Assembly (NCBI GenBank): GCA_965242695.1
Contig: CBDESU010000001.1
Coordinates: forward strand, 928,001 to 992,000
DNA: 64,000 nt
Source of the DNA: Cenarchaeum sp.
GTDB taxonomy: Archaea; Thermoproteota; Nitrososphaeria; Nitrososphaerales; Nitrosopumilaceae
Reading direction: 5' to 3'
The notes under the pieces were generated by a model. The model searched no databases and was not told the origin of the DNA. It was given only the letters and a program-made list of their open reading frames with translations. The stretch's first letter is position 1; every line of letters begins with the position of its first letter. A program made the position numbers and the translations under genes. Shown piece by piece: positions 26,401-36,383 of this stretch.

Positions 26401-27414
26401 GGACGCCTGTACGTGGGCGTGTGTTCCCCGGGACGCGGGCCGCACACTCCTCTGGTCAGGATATGGTCGCGCTTGGCCCAGTCAGCCCACGAGCACCGAT
26501 CCGATGAACGCATAGACCCATTTTGGACGCTGGTTGGATACTTCAATACGATCAGGGAGCTTGCAGGGACGATGGCACTGTACATGCAGAACATTCCAGA
26601 ATGGATACGCCACCTGTCGGAGTCCGATCCACGCCCTGTCACGGAGGAAGGCACTCGCGATCTGTCTGGACGGACCCCGTCGCACGAACTTCCTGCCATT
26701 CTAGACACACTCAACAAGAGGCATACAAGATCCCGGGCAGGGCTAGACAGCCTCTTTACCACATCCATGTTCGGGACTGGAGTCGATGTCCCCCGACTAG
26801 GGGCGATGTTGGTCTACGGCCAACCCAAAACGGCCGCGGCATACATTCAGTCCACCGGGAGGGTGGGCAGAGAGACGGGTGGAATTGTCGTGACGTTTTA
26901 CAAGGCAACGAAGCCGAGAGATCTCAACAACTATGAGTTTTTTGTCAGACAGCACTCGCAGCTACACAGGCTTGTCGAGCCGTCAACGGCGTTTCCATTT
27001 GCCAAGGGATCGCGCAATAAAGCGCAAGGCCCTGTGATTGTGGGGCTGCTTAGGAACATGCGGAGATCACCGCAGGACTGGGCTCCGAAGGGTGGCGCCG
27101 TGCAGATGAAAGACAGCAGCGGGTCTCGAGAAGTGGAGGGTGTGATACGGACCGTCGTCAGACGATCCCAGGGGCAACCAGCAAGCAGGAGGCCTAGCGA
27201 GGCAGATGTCGAGGAAGGCATAAGGGGCACGGTTGAAAAATGGTGCGATCATGCCAGGCGCCATGATAATTTACAGTATGCAGAAGACTGGGTCGCCACA
27301 ACACCAGTGGTGCTCGGAAGCCCACTGCACGAGTACAAGCGGCTGGATGTGGTGTGTAGAGGCGTTCCAAACTCCATGAGGGACATAGAGGACGAGGTCG
27401 GGTTTGAGACATGA
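23408..27414 (+). CDS. drmA: DISARM DrmA-like SF2 helicase, split by a one-base frameshift near 24195
   Basis: The N-terminus is ENLLGP...EYITGIL...PPSMGITF...LYRN...ARGH. The second frame has FRPFQIAFIL, LLWVPTGGGKTEAY, RYTLRLLTIQQF, GTVDKFA, LIIQDEVHL, STAT, TSMFGTGVDVPRL and YIQSTGRVGR. Adding one G to the GGG at 24195-24197 gives ...SAVW-RG-ADPE... and joins the two ORFs. Confidence 0.85.
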
Positions 27415-29225
27415 CGCAGGGAATCAGACCGTCGCAGTTCATAACTACGTACGGGCCGGGGGCAATTTTGGAGGGGCCAAGGGGACCGCGCATAATACCA
27501 GATGCCGACATCGGTCTCTTAAGCGACCGCCTGGGTATAAGGCCCGACGACTATAGAATAGACGACGAGCGCATGTCCAACGGACTGCTGGAGGGCTATG
27601 GTATATACAGACTGCCGACAAACGCCGAGCTAGGACTTGAATCTGACCGCCATGTCTATGAAACACGGCCGTTCCCATGTTGGAAGGTGTGCGCCGATCA
27701 GCACGGCGGCAGCGGCTCGCTCCTCTACGAGCAGCTTTTTTGTCCCATATGCAGGAGAGGTGACGGGCGCAATGCGGTGGGATTTGTCATGGCATGCAGG
27801 AACGGGCATCTAGATGACATAGATTGGGAGCGGTTGGTTCACTACTACGGCGAATGCAAGCGGACAGCATCTGCCAGTATCCCCCGGACCATTGCAGAAA
27901 GCAGTGCGATCTTCTGGAGAAGGGAAGGCCCGACCCTTGCAAGCGTGCAGCTCGTCTGTCCGCGATGCGAAAAAACCCGGAAGTTCAGCTCGATTTACTA
28001 TGGCGAGCACCTCCCGTGTAGTGGCCGGCATCCGCAGAGGCGATCAAGAGACAAGTGCGACAGGCATGCAAGGGTCATAAACAGGCAGGCTGCGAACCTA
28101 CACCTGCCCGAGATCAGGACGTTGTTATCCATACGCTCTACCTACACTGATATCCACTTGGCCGTCCAAGATCCGCTTCTCAAGGTGATGTTGGCGGGCC
28201 GCTCAATCGAATCGAATGCAGAATGGCAAAAGATGATCTGCAATCCAGAGGTCTGCAACATCATGAGGCCTGCTACGGTAGAAGTTCTCCGAAATGCCAA
28301 ATGGGAAGACGTATTGCAGGCCAGAAAGGATGTCAAGACGAAGTCACCTGATACATACCATGGCCTCCTTATGGACGAATTTTCTGGACTCCATGCGGCG
28401 AGCATAGGAGGGGCTCCTCCACGCACTGGGCCACCGCCCAGATCAAGGGTGCTGTTTGAGCTTGATTCCAGCAGCGTCACTACGGCGACGGCTAGCGGCG
28501 GGCATGGATTCACAATAGCACCTGTGCAGACACTCAGAGCAGTCACAGTTCAGAAGGGGTTCCGTCGTGACATCCCGGAGTCGAAAGGCGTTGATGATCC
28601 ACCAAAGCTCGTCAGGGTTTCTTACACTCCCCCGGGAGACACTAGAGGGTGGTATCCAGGCGTAGAATTGTTTGGCGAGGGCATATTCATACGGCTAGAA
28701 GACAACGATGGATGGGCGGACAACCCGGAGGGGAGCCATGCAGAACATTGGCTCAAAGCATGGAGGCATGCGGGATCGTATCCGAGCTTTACATTCCGCG
28801 ATGCAGAGCGGTCCCGCGACGAGCTCCACCCGGGCTTTTTCTGGTGGCACACCCTGTCGCACCTGCTTGTGCGCGTCATCGGCGAGGATGCGGGGTACTC
28901 GGCGGCCTCAATCCGCGAGCGCGTCTACATAGAAGCTGGGGATGGCCGGTACAGGGGAGGAATACTGCTGTACGCGACGCAGCCTGGTAGCGACGGGACG
29001 CTCGGTGGCCTGATTGCACTAGCTCCGCACATGGAAAGAATCCTTCGTATTGCGCTAGAAAGATCCGCCGCATGTTCCGGCGATCCTCTTTGTATAAAGT
29101 CAAGGCTCGCACATGGCGACTGCAATGGGGCCTCCTGCTATGCATGCACTATGAACTCCGAGACATCGTGCGAGCACAGGAACATGTGGCTGGACCGCGG
29201 CGTTCTTTTGGACAACCTGGCATGA
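27411..29225 (+). CDS. drmB: DISARM DrmB-like DUF1998 protein
   Basis: IRPSQFITTYGPGAI, FVMACRNGHLDD, GEGIFIRL, HTLSHLL, GYSAASIRERVY, DGTLGGL and the Zn site CSGDPLC...ASCYAC...SETSCE..N..LDR. ATGA overlap with drmA. Confidence 0.9.
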   Translation: MTQGIRPSQFITTYGPGAILEGPRGPRIIPDADIGLLSDRLGIRPDDYRIDDERMSNGLLEGYGIYRLPTNAELGLESDRHVYETRPFPCWKVCADQHGGSGSLLYEQLFCPICRRGDGRNAVGFVMACRNGHLDDIDWERLVHYYGECKRTASASIPRTIAESSAIFWRREGPTLASVQLVCPRCEKTRKFSSIYYGEHLPCSGRHPQRRSRDKCDRHARVINRQAANLHLPEIRTLLSIRSTYTDIHLAVQDPLLKVMLAGRSIESNAEWQKMICNPEVCNIMRPATVEVLRNAKWEDVLQARKDVKTKSPDTYHGLLMDEFSGLHAASIGGAPPRTGPPPRSRVLFELDSSSVTTATASGGHGFTIAPVQTLRAVTVQKGFRRDIPESKGVDDPPKLVRVSYTPPGDTRGWYPGVELFGEGIFIRLEDNDGWADNPEGSHAEHWLKAWRHAGSYPSFTFRDAERSRDELHPGFFWWHTLSHLLVRVIGEDAGYSAASIRERVYIEAGDGRYRGGILLYATQPGSDGTLGGLIALAPHMERILRIALERSAACSGDPLCIKSRLAHGDCNGASCYACTMNSETSCEHRNMWLDRGVLLDNLA

Positions 29226-29349
29226 TTTGTCCTAGCAGGGGGGCATGTTGCAGTCCGTCCGCCGCCACAATCTGGCACTCTCCCCGACGCCTCGTCATTG
29301 CCGCAAGAAACCGCCGTGAGGCCCACTCATGCGCAAGGGGAGGCAACAA

Positions 29350-29480
29350 CTCGGGTATACGATGCGCCCGAGGTAGTCGTATGTAGCGTCGAAGGTAGGC
29401 CTGCGCGTCGGGTCCGCTCCATAGCACTCAAGCACGTATATCGCCATGCCCTGCCTGGCGCGCGTCAAGATGACGGAAGT
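29350..29480 (-). pseudogene. C-terminal remnant of a DUF2075 (Schlafen group 3-like helicase domain) gene
   Basis: VILTRARQGMAIYV...ADPTRRPTFDATYDYL matches the recalled DUF2075 end (YRVLLTRARQGMVIxVP..D.TR.P..YD.TY.YL). The upstream part is not recognisable. Confidence 0.65.
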
Positions 29481-29732
29481 TACCGCGGAGACACTCAGTT
29501 CAGTGGTTGTCTGGAGCATGCTCAAGTGCAACTGGCGCATCACACGGCAGGACATGGATGAGGAGGCCTCACCGCGGCGTCATAGGTCTGTCGTCCGGTG
29601 TGGTGCAGAGGCGCGGCACCGCCAAGGGACGGCGAATGCGGCGGCCGTCCGGAGCGGAGCAGGATCGCCGCAACGCCCGCCTCGTTGCCCGTGACGCGGG
29701 CGTTCGCTCCGCCCCGCCCGCGGCGCAAGCAG

Positions 29733-30455
29733 ATGCAGTGGCAAACCATGATAAGAGCGGCCCGCGCCGCCCCGCCGTTGGATCCCGTGCGCGCCGATGC
29801 CCTGTGCCGCGAGGGCAACTCGCTGGCCGCCCGCGGCAGGATGCAAGAGGCCCTTGCCCACTTCGAGGAGGCGGTGCGGGCCGACCCAGACCTGGCCGAT
29901 GCGCACTGCCTGCGCGGCCGCGCACTGTCGGTGCTAGGCCGCCACAAGGATGCGATCGCCTCGTTCAAGCGGACGATCCGGCTGGACTCGAGGTACGCGT
30001 TCGCGTACACGGGGATGGGCAACTCGCTGGTGCAGCGGGGGCAGCCGCGCAGGGCCTTGAAGTACCTGAAGAGGGCGGCCAGGCTCGACTCGGACGATCC
30101 GCTCGTCCACTCGGCCATGGGCGATGCGCTGTGCAAGCTCGGCAGGGCAGGCGATGCGATAAAGTGCTACGATGCGAGCATCGACGTAGAGCCGACGGCG
30201 GCAGCCTACGGCGGCAAGGGGGAGGCCTTCAGGGCCATGGGCGATCACGCAAGGGCGCTCAAGATGTACGGCCGCGCCGTCGGTCTCGGGCCCGACTCGG
30301 CCGATGCGCACCACGGCAGGGCGCTGTGCCTTGCCGAGCTGGGGCGGCCCGCCGAGGCGATCGCCGCGTGCAACAGGGCCCTCAAGGAGGACGGGGACCA
30401 CGAGGATGCGCGCGCCACGAGGGACAGGCTCAAGGTGGCCAGGCGCGGCGCCTAG
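29733..30455 (+). CDS. Tetratricopeptide repeat protein
   Basis: About six 34-aa TPR units (e.g. AHCLRGRALSVLGRHKDAIASFKRTIRLDS). The start is uncertain (29598, 29733 or 29748). Confidence 0.85.
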   Translation: MQWQTMIRAARAAPPLDPVRADALCREGNSLAARGRMQEALAHFEEAVRADPDLADAHCLRGRALSVLGRHKDAIASFKRTIRLDSRYAFAYTGMGNSLVQRGQPRRALKYLKRAARLDSDDPLVHSAMGDALCKLGRAGDAIKCYDASIDVEPTAAAYGGKGEAFRAMGDHARALKMYGRAVGLGPDSADAHHGRALCLAELGRPAEAIAACNRALKEDGDHEDARATRDRLKVARRGA

Positions 30456-30492
30456 GGCCGGCGCACCGGAGCAGTCGACAGGGGGGCGTCCC

Positions 30493-31244
30493 ATGAGCGA
30501 GAAAAGACACACGGAGGAGTTCCTTGCCAAGTTGCGCGACGGATGGGCCGGCGTCGAGTTCCAAGGCCGCATGGCAAGGCTGGAGTCGATGCGGGCCCGG
30601 GGCAGGGGCGCGGCGGCCTGGGAAGAGGGGGGAGACGCCGATGCCCTGCGCCAGCTTGTCCAAGCGGCGACGGTCATGTCGTTCATGCTGGAGAAAATCC
30701 ACATCGAGGCGGGGCCCCGCAGCAGGCCGCCGGCCGAGGCCGCGGGCTACGCGCTGCGCCTCGCGGGGCTGTGGGAGGGCCTCTCCGAGGTGTGCCACCC
30801 GGAGCCGGCGGAATGGCATGCGTTTGAGGCAGCCTGCGCGTACGAGCTTGCGGGGGTTCCGGAGGACGCGCGGCGCATGGCCGAGCTGGCGGGCACGGGC
30901 TGAGGCAGGCCGCAGCCCTGCTCCTGCAGCGCAGGTTTGCCCGCCTGCGGTCGTACTGCGAGCCGATCGCCGGCGAGCCCGACTATGAAAAGGTCAGGAA
31001 CATAAGGTACAGCCTGGCGCTGGCAACGGCCGCCGGCGCGCTGTCGGACTTTGCTGGCAGCCTGCTGTCCGGCTCGGCGCCGGACCTGGACGAGACGGAC
31101 ATGCATCTTGACATCGCGCATAACCTGTTCTACCTGTCCGGCTTTCACGACGAGTCGAGCGTGGCGTGCAGCATCCGGAGCCTGCTGGGAACCATGTGGG
31201 CCGGCTCTGCGCGGGGCGGCGCTGGGCGGCAGGGGGGAGCATAG
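30493..31244 (+). CDS. Alpha-helical protein resembling the N-terminal domain of large DEAD/DEAH helicases, frameshifted near 30897
   Basis: AACAYELAG... ends at TGA 30901. Adding one G in cgggc continues as LRQAAALLLQRRF...SIRSLLGTMW to TAG 31242. No helicase motifs follow. Confidence 0.5.
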
Positions 31245-31526
31245 CGCCCGGAAGGGAGCTCGGTAGCCAGTCTGCCGCGCCGTGCGGCGTACCGGGCATG
31301 CTACAAGCTGGCGTACTCGCACCGCCGCCCTTTTGATCGCACGGAGCGGAAGGAGCCCGCGGCCCTGCGGCCCCCCGCATGGCGGCCGCGCGGGTTGCGG
31401 CGCAAGCGCGGGACGCAGGGCCCGCGGGCGCAGGCCCGGGGCTGCCACAGGGATGCCGGCCGCGGCCCGCATGCGCGCCGCACAGGCCCGGATCACACAT
31501 AAGTGTGCGACCGCCGTCCGTGCCCC

Positions 31527-32726
31527 ATGGCGCTGTCGATCAAGATCAACCCCGGCGTGCTAAAGTGGGTAATGGACAACGAGGGCTGGAATGCGGACGA
31601 GCTGGCAAAAGAGTCCGGCCTAAGCGCCTCGCAGATCCGGCTGTGGACGTCGACCGAGTCGGACATTGGCATCAGGGATCTCAGGAAGATGTCGGACAAC
31701 TTCAAGCGGTCCATGTCGGTGCTTTTCATGGACGAGGTGCCCTCAGTGGGCGTCCCGCGCTTCCGGCAGGCCGGCTGCGAGGAGGGTGCGCGCAGGTTCT
31801 CAAGGGACACCTTGGATGTGATCAGGGTGGCGCGCTATGTCCAGGGCAATGCGGGCGATCTTATGCGAGAAACCGGCAAGAAGGGGAAATCCGTCGTGCC
31901 CATTGCCACGGTGGAGCAGGATCCAGAGTCGGCCGCGGCCAAGAGCGCAAAAATTCTCTGCGTAGAGACACCCTCGCGAACCGGAAGTGATGGCGGGAGG
32001 GACATGCGGAGGTACAGGGACATCAGGGAAAGGATCGAATCGCAAGGCGTTTTTACCATGGAGGCGCCGATTCCACCGGAAGACGGCGTGTCGGGGCTCG
32101 CGCTAGCCGAGCCTGCGCCGGCGGTCATACTGGTCAACTCGCGCGATCATATGCGCCGCCGCATCTTTGCGCTCCTACACGAGTACGCCCATGTGGCCCT
32201 GAAGGATGTCGGGGTTGCCTGCGCCGTGGATGACTGGCATGGCGGCGGCGATGCAGGCGGCGGCGGCACTCGGCATGTCGAGCGGTGGTGCAACAGGTTT
32301 GCAGGCGCCGTTCTCATGCCTAGGCCCGAGTTCGGCGCCGCGCTGCAAAATGCGCGGGGTGAGGATCGCGACCCGCTTCGGGTGGTGACAGTCCTGTCGG
32401 ACAGGTTCTGCGTCGACAGGGCTGTGGCCTTGGCGCGCACTTTGGAAATCCTAGACGGTGATGCTATCGCGCCTACTTACTCGCGGTGCTGTGAGCAGAT
32501 CGGGCGCGGAAGAACGCGACGGGGCGGCGATGCGGGCGGCGGCGGGGAGGAGGATGCCCGAGTGCCGCGCGCGGCAGCCTGCATGGAACGCATGGGATAC
32601 AAGTACGCCCGCATGGTGATCGATGCGGAGGAGTCGGGCATCATAACGACCAACACCGCGCTGGACTACCTGGGGATAAAACTTAGCCACTGGGACGATC
32701 TTAGGGCCTGGTGCGGGGCATGCTAG
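31527..32726 (+). CDS. XRE-HTH plus ImmA/IrrE metallopeptidase domain protein
   Basis: INPGVLKW...ELAKESG (HTH), ILVNSRD...RRIFALLHEYAH (HExxH), ERWCNRFAGAVLMP, and C-terminal ALDYLGIK. Confidence 0.88.
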   Translation: MALSIKINPGVLKWVMDNEGWNADELAKESGLSASQIRLWTSTESDIGIRDLRKMSDNFKRSMSVLFMDEVPSVGVPRFRQAGCEEGARRFSRDTLDVIRVARYVQGNAGDLMRETGKKGKSVVPIATVEQDPESAAAKSAKILCVETPSRTGSDGGRDMRRYRDIRERIESQGVFTMEAPIPPEDGVSGLALAEPAPAVILVNSRDHMRRRIFALLHEYAHVALKDVGVACAVDDWHGGGDAGGGGTRHVERWCNRFAGAVLMPRPEFGAALQNARGEDRDPLRVVTVLSDRFCVDRAVALARTLEILDGDAIAPTYSRCCEQIGRGRTRRGGDAGGGGEEDARVPRAAACMERMGYKYARMVIDAEESGIITTNTALDYLGIKLSHWDDLRAWCGAC

Positions 32727-33000
32727 ATCCCCTGCATGCCGTCGACACCCGCCTCCATCCATCGACCCTGCGGCGGACGCCTGCGCAGGGGGGGGAGGAG
32801 TGGGTTCTGACGCGGGTGCGCTGGCAGAGCGCACTGGCGGGACAGAACGCACGGCGGCCGGCCCGAGCGGCTTTATGCCGCCGCCGCACCGGCAGGCATC
32901 CCTTCCTGCCAGGCGCGTTCGATCCGGGCGCGCGCTGGGCCCGGGCCGCCCGGGCGCCGCGCGCCGCACCCTTATTACCGCCCCGGCCCGGCTCCCCGGC

Positions 33001-33297
33001 ATGGCAAGGTACGACGTGCAGGCGGTAATCGGGAACAAGCCGGGCCTTAGCGATCCCGAGGGATCCACTATACTGGAGGACCTGGTCCTCAAGGGCGGGA
33101 CGTACTCGGGCGTCTCGGCCGTGCGGACCGCCAAGATGATACGGTTTACCGTGTCGGCGCCGTCGGCCCGGGCGGCGGCGGCGACCGTCAGGCGCCTGTG
33201 CGACGAGCTGCGCATATACAACCCGCTCGTGAGCGAGCTGTCAGTGACGGCCTCGGCTGCCGGCGGCGGCCGCGGGCGGCGCCGCGCCTCGAATTAA
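33001..33297 (+). CDS. purS: Phosphoribosylformylglycinamidine synthase subunit PurS
   Basis: NKPGLSDPEGSTI...VRTAK...LCDELRIYNPLV. It is the first gene of the pur cluster. Confidence 0.92.
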   Translation: MARYDVQAVIGNKPGLSDPEGSTILEDLVLKGGTYSGVSAVRTAKMIRFTVSAPSARAAAATVRRLCDELRIYNPLVSELSVTASAAGGGRGRRRASN

Positions 33298-33321
33298 ATA
33301 GCCGCGGGCGGCGTGCGCGGC

Positions 33322-34086
33322 GTGCGCGTCGGGATCGTCGTGTTTCCGGGCAGCAACTGCGACCGCGACATGCTCCACGTAATGCGCGACGTATATGGCA
33401 TGGACGCCCGCCTCCACTGGCACGGCGATCCGCTGCCCGAGGACGAGCCGTACGACGCGGCCGTCCTGCCCGGCGGGTTCTCGTACGGCGACAGGCTGCG
33501 CGCCGGCGCGATCGCGGCCCACAGCCCCTCGATAGACGGCGTGCGGGGGATGGCCGAGAGCGGCGCGCCCGTCCTCGGCGTGTGCAACGGCTTTCAGATA
33601 CTCGTCGAGGCCGGAATGCTGCCCGGCGCGCTGCTGCGCAACGACACGCTGCGGTTCACGTGCGGCTGGACGTCGCTGTCCGTCGAGAATGCATCGACGC
33701 CGTTCACCCGCATGATGCGGCGCGGCATGCGCATGCCCATACCCGTGGCCAACGGCGAGGGCAGGTACTATGCCGACGCGCCGACCCTTCGCTGCCTCGA
33801 GGACAACGGGCAGGTCGTGTTCAGGTACGCGGACGGCGGCAACCCCAACGGCTCGACGGCCGGCATCGCCGGCGTGTGCAATGCGGAGGGAAACGTGGTC
33901 GGAATGATGCCGCATCCGGAGCGCGCCGCCGAGGCGGAGATAAACCCCGTCGACAGCGGGCCCGCCTCGCTCCTGTTCAAAGCCATGTCCGGCGAGCCTG
34001 CGATGAATGCAATTGCGGTGGGCCGCGGCCGGCGCGGAAGCGGCAAGGGCGGCAGCGCAAGGGGGTCTGCAGCACGCCGCCGCTGA
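33322..34086 (+). CDS. purQ: Phosphoribosylformylglycinamidine synthase subunit PurQ
   Basis: VVFPGSNCDRD, LPGGFSYGDRLRAGAIAA, GVCNGFQILVE, NPNGS and GMMPHPER. Confidence 0.95.
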   Translation: MRVGIVVFPGSNCDRDMLHVMRDVYGMDARLHWHGDPLPEDEPYDAAVLPGGFSYGDRLRAGAIAAHSPSIDGVRGMAESGAPVLGVCNGFQILVEAGMLPGALLRNDTLRFTCGWTSLSVENASTPFTRMMRRGMRMPIPVANGEGRYYADAPTLRCLEDNGQVVFRYADGGNPNGSTAGIAGVCNAEGNVVGMMPHPERAAEAEINPVDSGPASLLFKAMSGEPAMNAIAVGRGRRGSGKGGSARGSAARRR

Positions 34087-36383
34087 CCGCCGCCGAAGAG
34101 GCGCACCTAAGGGCCCGCCTGCGCCGCGAGCCGATGCCGGCCGAGGTCCGCCTCGCCGAGGCCGAGTGGTCCGAGCACTGCTCGTACAAGTCGTCGAGGG
34201 CCCACCTCGGCATCCTGCCGCGCAGCGGCCCCCGCGTGCTGACCGAGGGCTCGTACGACTCGGGCGTGCTCGACGTCGGCGGCGGGTACGTCGTCACGAT
34301 GCACATCGAGAGCCACAACCACCCGTCGGCCGTCGAGCCGTACGGAGGGGCCGCCACCGGGGTCGGCGGCGTCGTCCGCGACATACTGTCGACAGGAACC
34401 CGCCCGATAGCCGTCCTCAACGGGCTGCGCTTTGGCGATCCGCGGTCCGACCCGCGCGCCCGCTGGCTGCTCAAGCGCGCCGTCGAGGGGATCGCAGACT
34501 ACGGCAACTGCATCGGCGTGCCGACCGTCGGCGGCGAGGTCGGGTTCGACGAGTCGTACAACGGGTACGCGCTCGTCGACGTGGCCGCCGTCGGGTTTGG
34601 GCGAAAGGAGTCTCTCGTGCCCAACGAGGCGTCCGCCGGCGATGTGGTCCACCTGGTCGGCGGCGCTACCGGCCGCGACGGCATCGGAGGGGCCGGATTC
34701 GCATCGGACAGCCTGTCGGGCGGGGGCGGGAAGGGCGGGGACGACGACGGCAACCGCTCGGCCGTCCAGATACCAGACCCGTTCACGGAAAAGCTCGTCA
34801 TCGAGGCGGTTCTGGCCGCCAGGTCAGAGGGGATCATACGGGCGATGAAGGACCTCGGCGGCGGGGGCCTCGCATGCGCCGTGTCCGAGACGGCCGACTC
34901 GCTCGGAGCCGGAATCGACATGGACATTGGAGCCGTCCATGTGAGGGACCCGACGATGGGCGATGCCGACATACTGGTGTCCGAGTCGCAGGAGCGCATG
35001 CTGCTCGTCACGTCGCACGCCGACTCGGGGCGCCTCTCGCAAATCTGCGAAAGGTTCGGCGTGCGGTGCTCGGCGATCGGCACGGTGCGGCGGCACGGAA
35101 GGGTTCGCGTGCGCGGCAGGGACGGCGCCGATATAGTCCGCATGCCGGCCTCGCTGGCGGCCCACGCGCCGCTCCTGGACAGGCCCGCAAAGAGGCCGGA
35201 AAGGGCGGCGGCCGCGACAAAGTCCGGCCGCGGCGGCGGCCGGCGCACTCCAAGCCTGTCGGCATCGCTCGAGCGCGCGCTCGCCCTGCCCAACGTCGCG
35301 TCAAAGGCGTGGGCGTACGGGCAGTACGACCACGAGGTCGGGATACGCACGGTCGTCGGCCCCGGCAGGGATGCGGCCGTCCTCCGCCTCGACAACGGCA
35401 GGTTCCTTGCGGTCTCGATGGACGGCAACCCGCGCCACTGCCACGCCGATCCGGCGGCCGGCGCGGCCGGCTGCTTTGAGGAGGCGTGCCGCAACGTCGC
35501 ATGCGCCGGCGCGCGCCCCATCGGCATGGTCGACCACCTCCAGTTCGGCTCGCCCGAGGATCCAGGCGTATTCTGGACGTTTCTAGAGTCGCTGCGCGCG
35601 ATAGCGGCCCACTGCCGCGCGGCAGGCATACCATGCGTCGGCGGCAAGGTCAGCTTTTACAACGAGACGGATGCCGGCCCGATAAAGCCGACGCCGCTGA
35701 TCGCCGTCGCCGGCCTCGCCGATGCGGCGCCGCCGCGTGGATGGGGCGCGCCAAATTCGGCGGCGGCGGGGGGCGCCGGCAAGGCTAGGGGGACGGCGGC
35801 GGATCCCGCCCCGCTGTTCGCCGTCGGCACCACATACCTGGAAGAGACGGCCGCGGCCGAGTACTCTGCCGCGGCTGCCGGGGCAGAATGGGCCGGAGCC
35901 GAGTCTGGCACGGTCCCGCGCGTGCGCCCCGCAGAGTCTGCCGCCAATATGGATGCCGTGATCGGCGCCGTGTCCGGAGGCATGGCAGCCGTCGCACACG
36001 ACTGCTCAAAGGGCGGCCTGGCCGTGGCCGTCTCCGAGATGTGCCTGTGGGGGTCGGCCGGCTGCGACGTACGCCTGGACAGGGTGCCGGCGTCGGGAGG
36101 CGCGCGCAGGGACGGCCCGTCCCGCGACGCGGCCGCAATGTTCTCCGAGTCGCACTCGAGGTACCTCGTTGCCGCCGCCCCGGGCAGGGCGGCGGCCCTG
36201 CGGCGGCACCTGTCGGCGTCGGGGGCTCGGTGGGCCGAGATTGGCCGCATCGGCGGCCACGGCCCCATACGGTTCGCGCGGGGCGGGCGAGGATCCGCGC
36301 CGGCCGCCTCTATAACCCTCAAAAGGGCCCGCGCGGCGTGGGCGCCGTGGCCACAGGGCGGCACCGGGGCGGCATCCAAATGA
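34083..36383 (+). CDS. purL: Phosphoribosylformylglycinamidine synthase subunit PurL
   Basis: WSEHCSYKSS, ESHNHPSAVEPYGGAATGVGG, DLGGGGL, SESQERM, QYDHEVG and VGGKVSFYNE. The start is uncertain; CTG 34083 overlapping the purQ TGA is assumed. Confidence 0.93.
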   Translation: MTAAEEAHLRARLRREPMPAEVRLAEAEWSEHCSYKSSRAHLGILPRSGPRVLTEGSYDSGVLDVGGGYVVTMHIESHNHPSAVEPYGGAATGVGGVVRDILSTGTRPIAVLNGLRFGDPRSDPRARWLLKRAVEGIADYGNCIGVPTVGGEVGFDESYNGYALVDVAAVGFGRKESLVPNEASAGDVVHLVGGATGRDGIGGAGFASDSLSGGGGKGGDDDGNRSAVQIPDPFTEKLVIEAVLAARSEGIIRAMKDLGGGGLACAVSETADSLGAGIDMDIGAVHVRDPTMGDADILVSESQERMLLVTSHADSGRLSQICERFGVRCSAIGTVRRHGRVRVRGRDGADIVRMPASLAAHAPLLDRPAKRPERAAAATKSGRGGGRRTPSLSASLERALALPNVASKAWAYGQYDHEVGIRTVVGPGRDAAVLRLDNGRFLAVSMDGNPRHCHADPAAGAAGCFEEACRNVACAGARPIGMVDHLQFGSPEDPGVFWTFLESLRAIAAHCRAAGIPCVGGKVSFYNETDAGPIKPTPLIAVAGLADAAPPRGWGAPNSAAAGGAGKARGTAADPAPLFAVGTTYLEETAAAEYSAAAAGAEWAGAESGTVPRVRPAESAANMDAVIGAVSGGMAAVAHDCSKGGLAVAVSEMCLWGSAGCDVRLDRVPASGGARRDGPSRDAAAMFSESHSRYLVAAAPGRAAALRRHLSASGARWAEIGRIGGHGPIRFARGGRGSAPAASITLKRARAAWAPWPQGGTGAASK

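Noticed and set aside
33198-34082. 1061-aa PurL with a long N-terminal extension, as in the ORF track
   Set aside because: The extension is an Arg-rich alternate frame overlapping purS and purQ.
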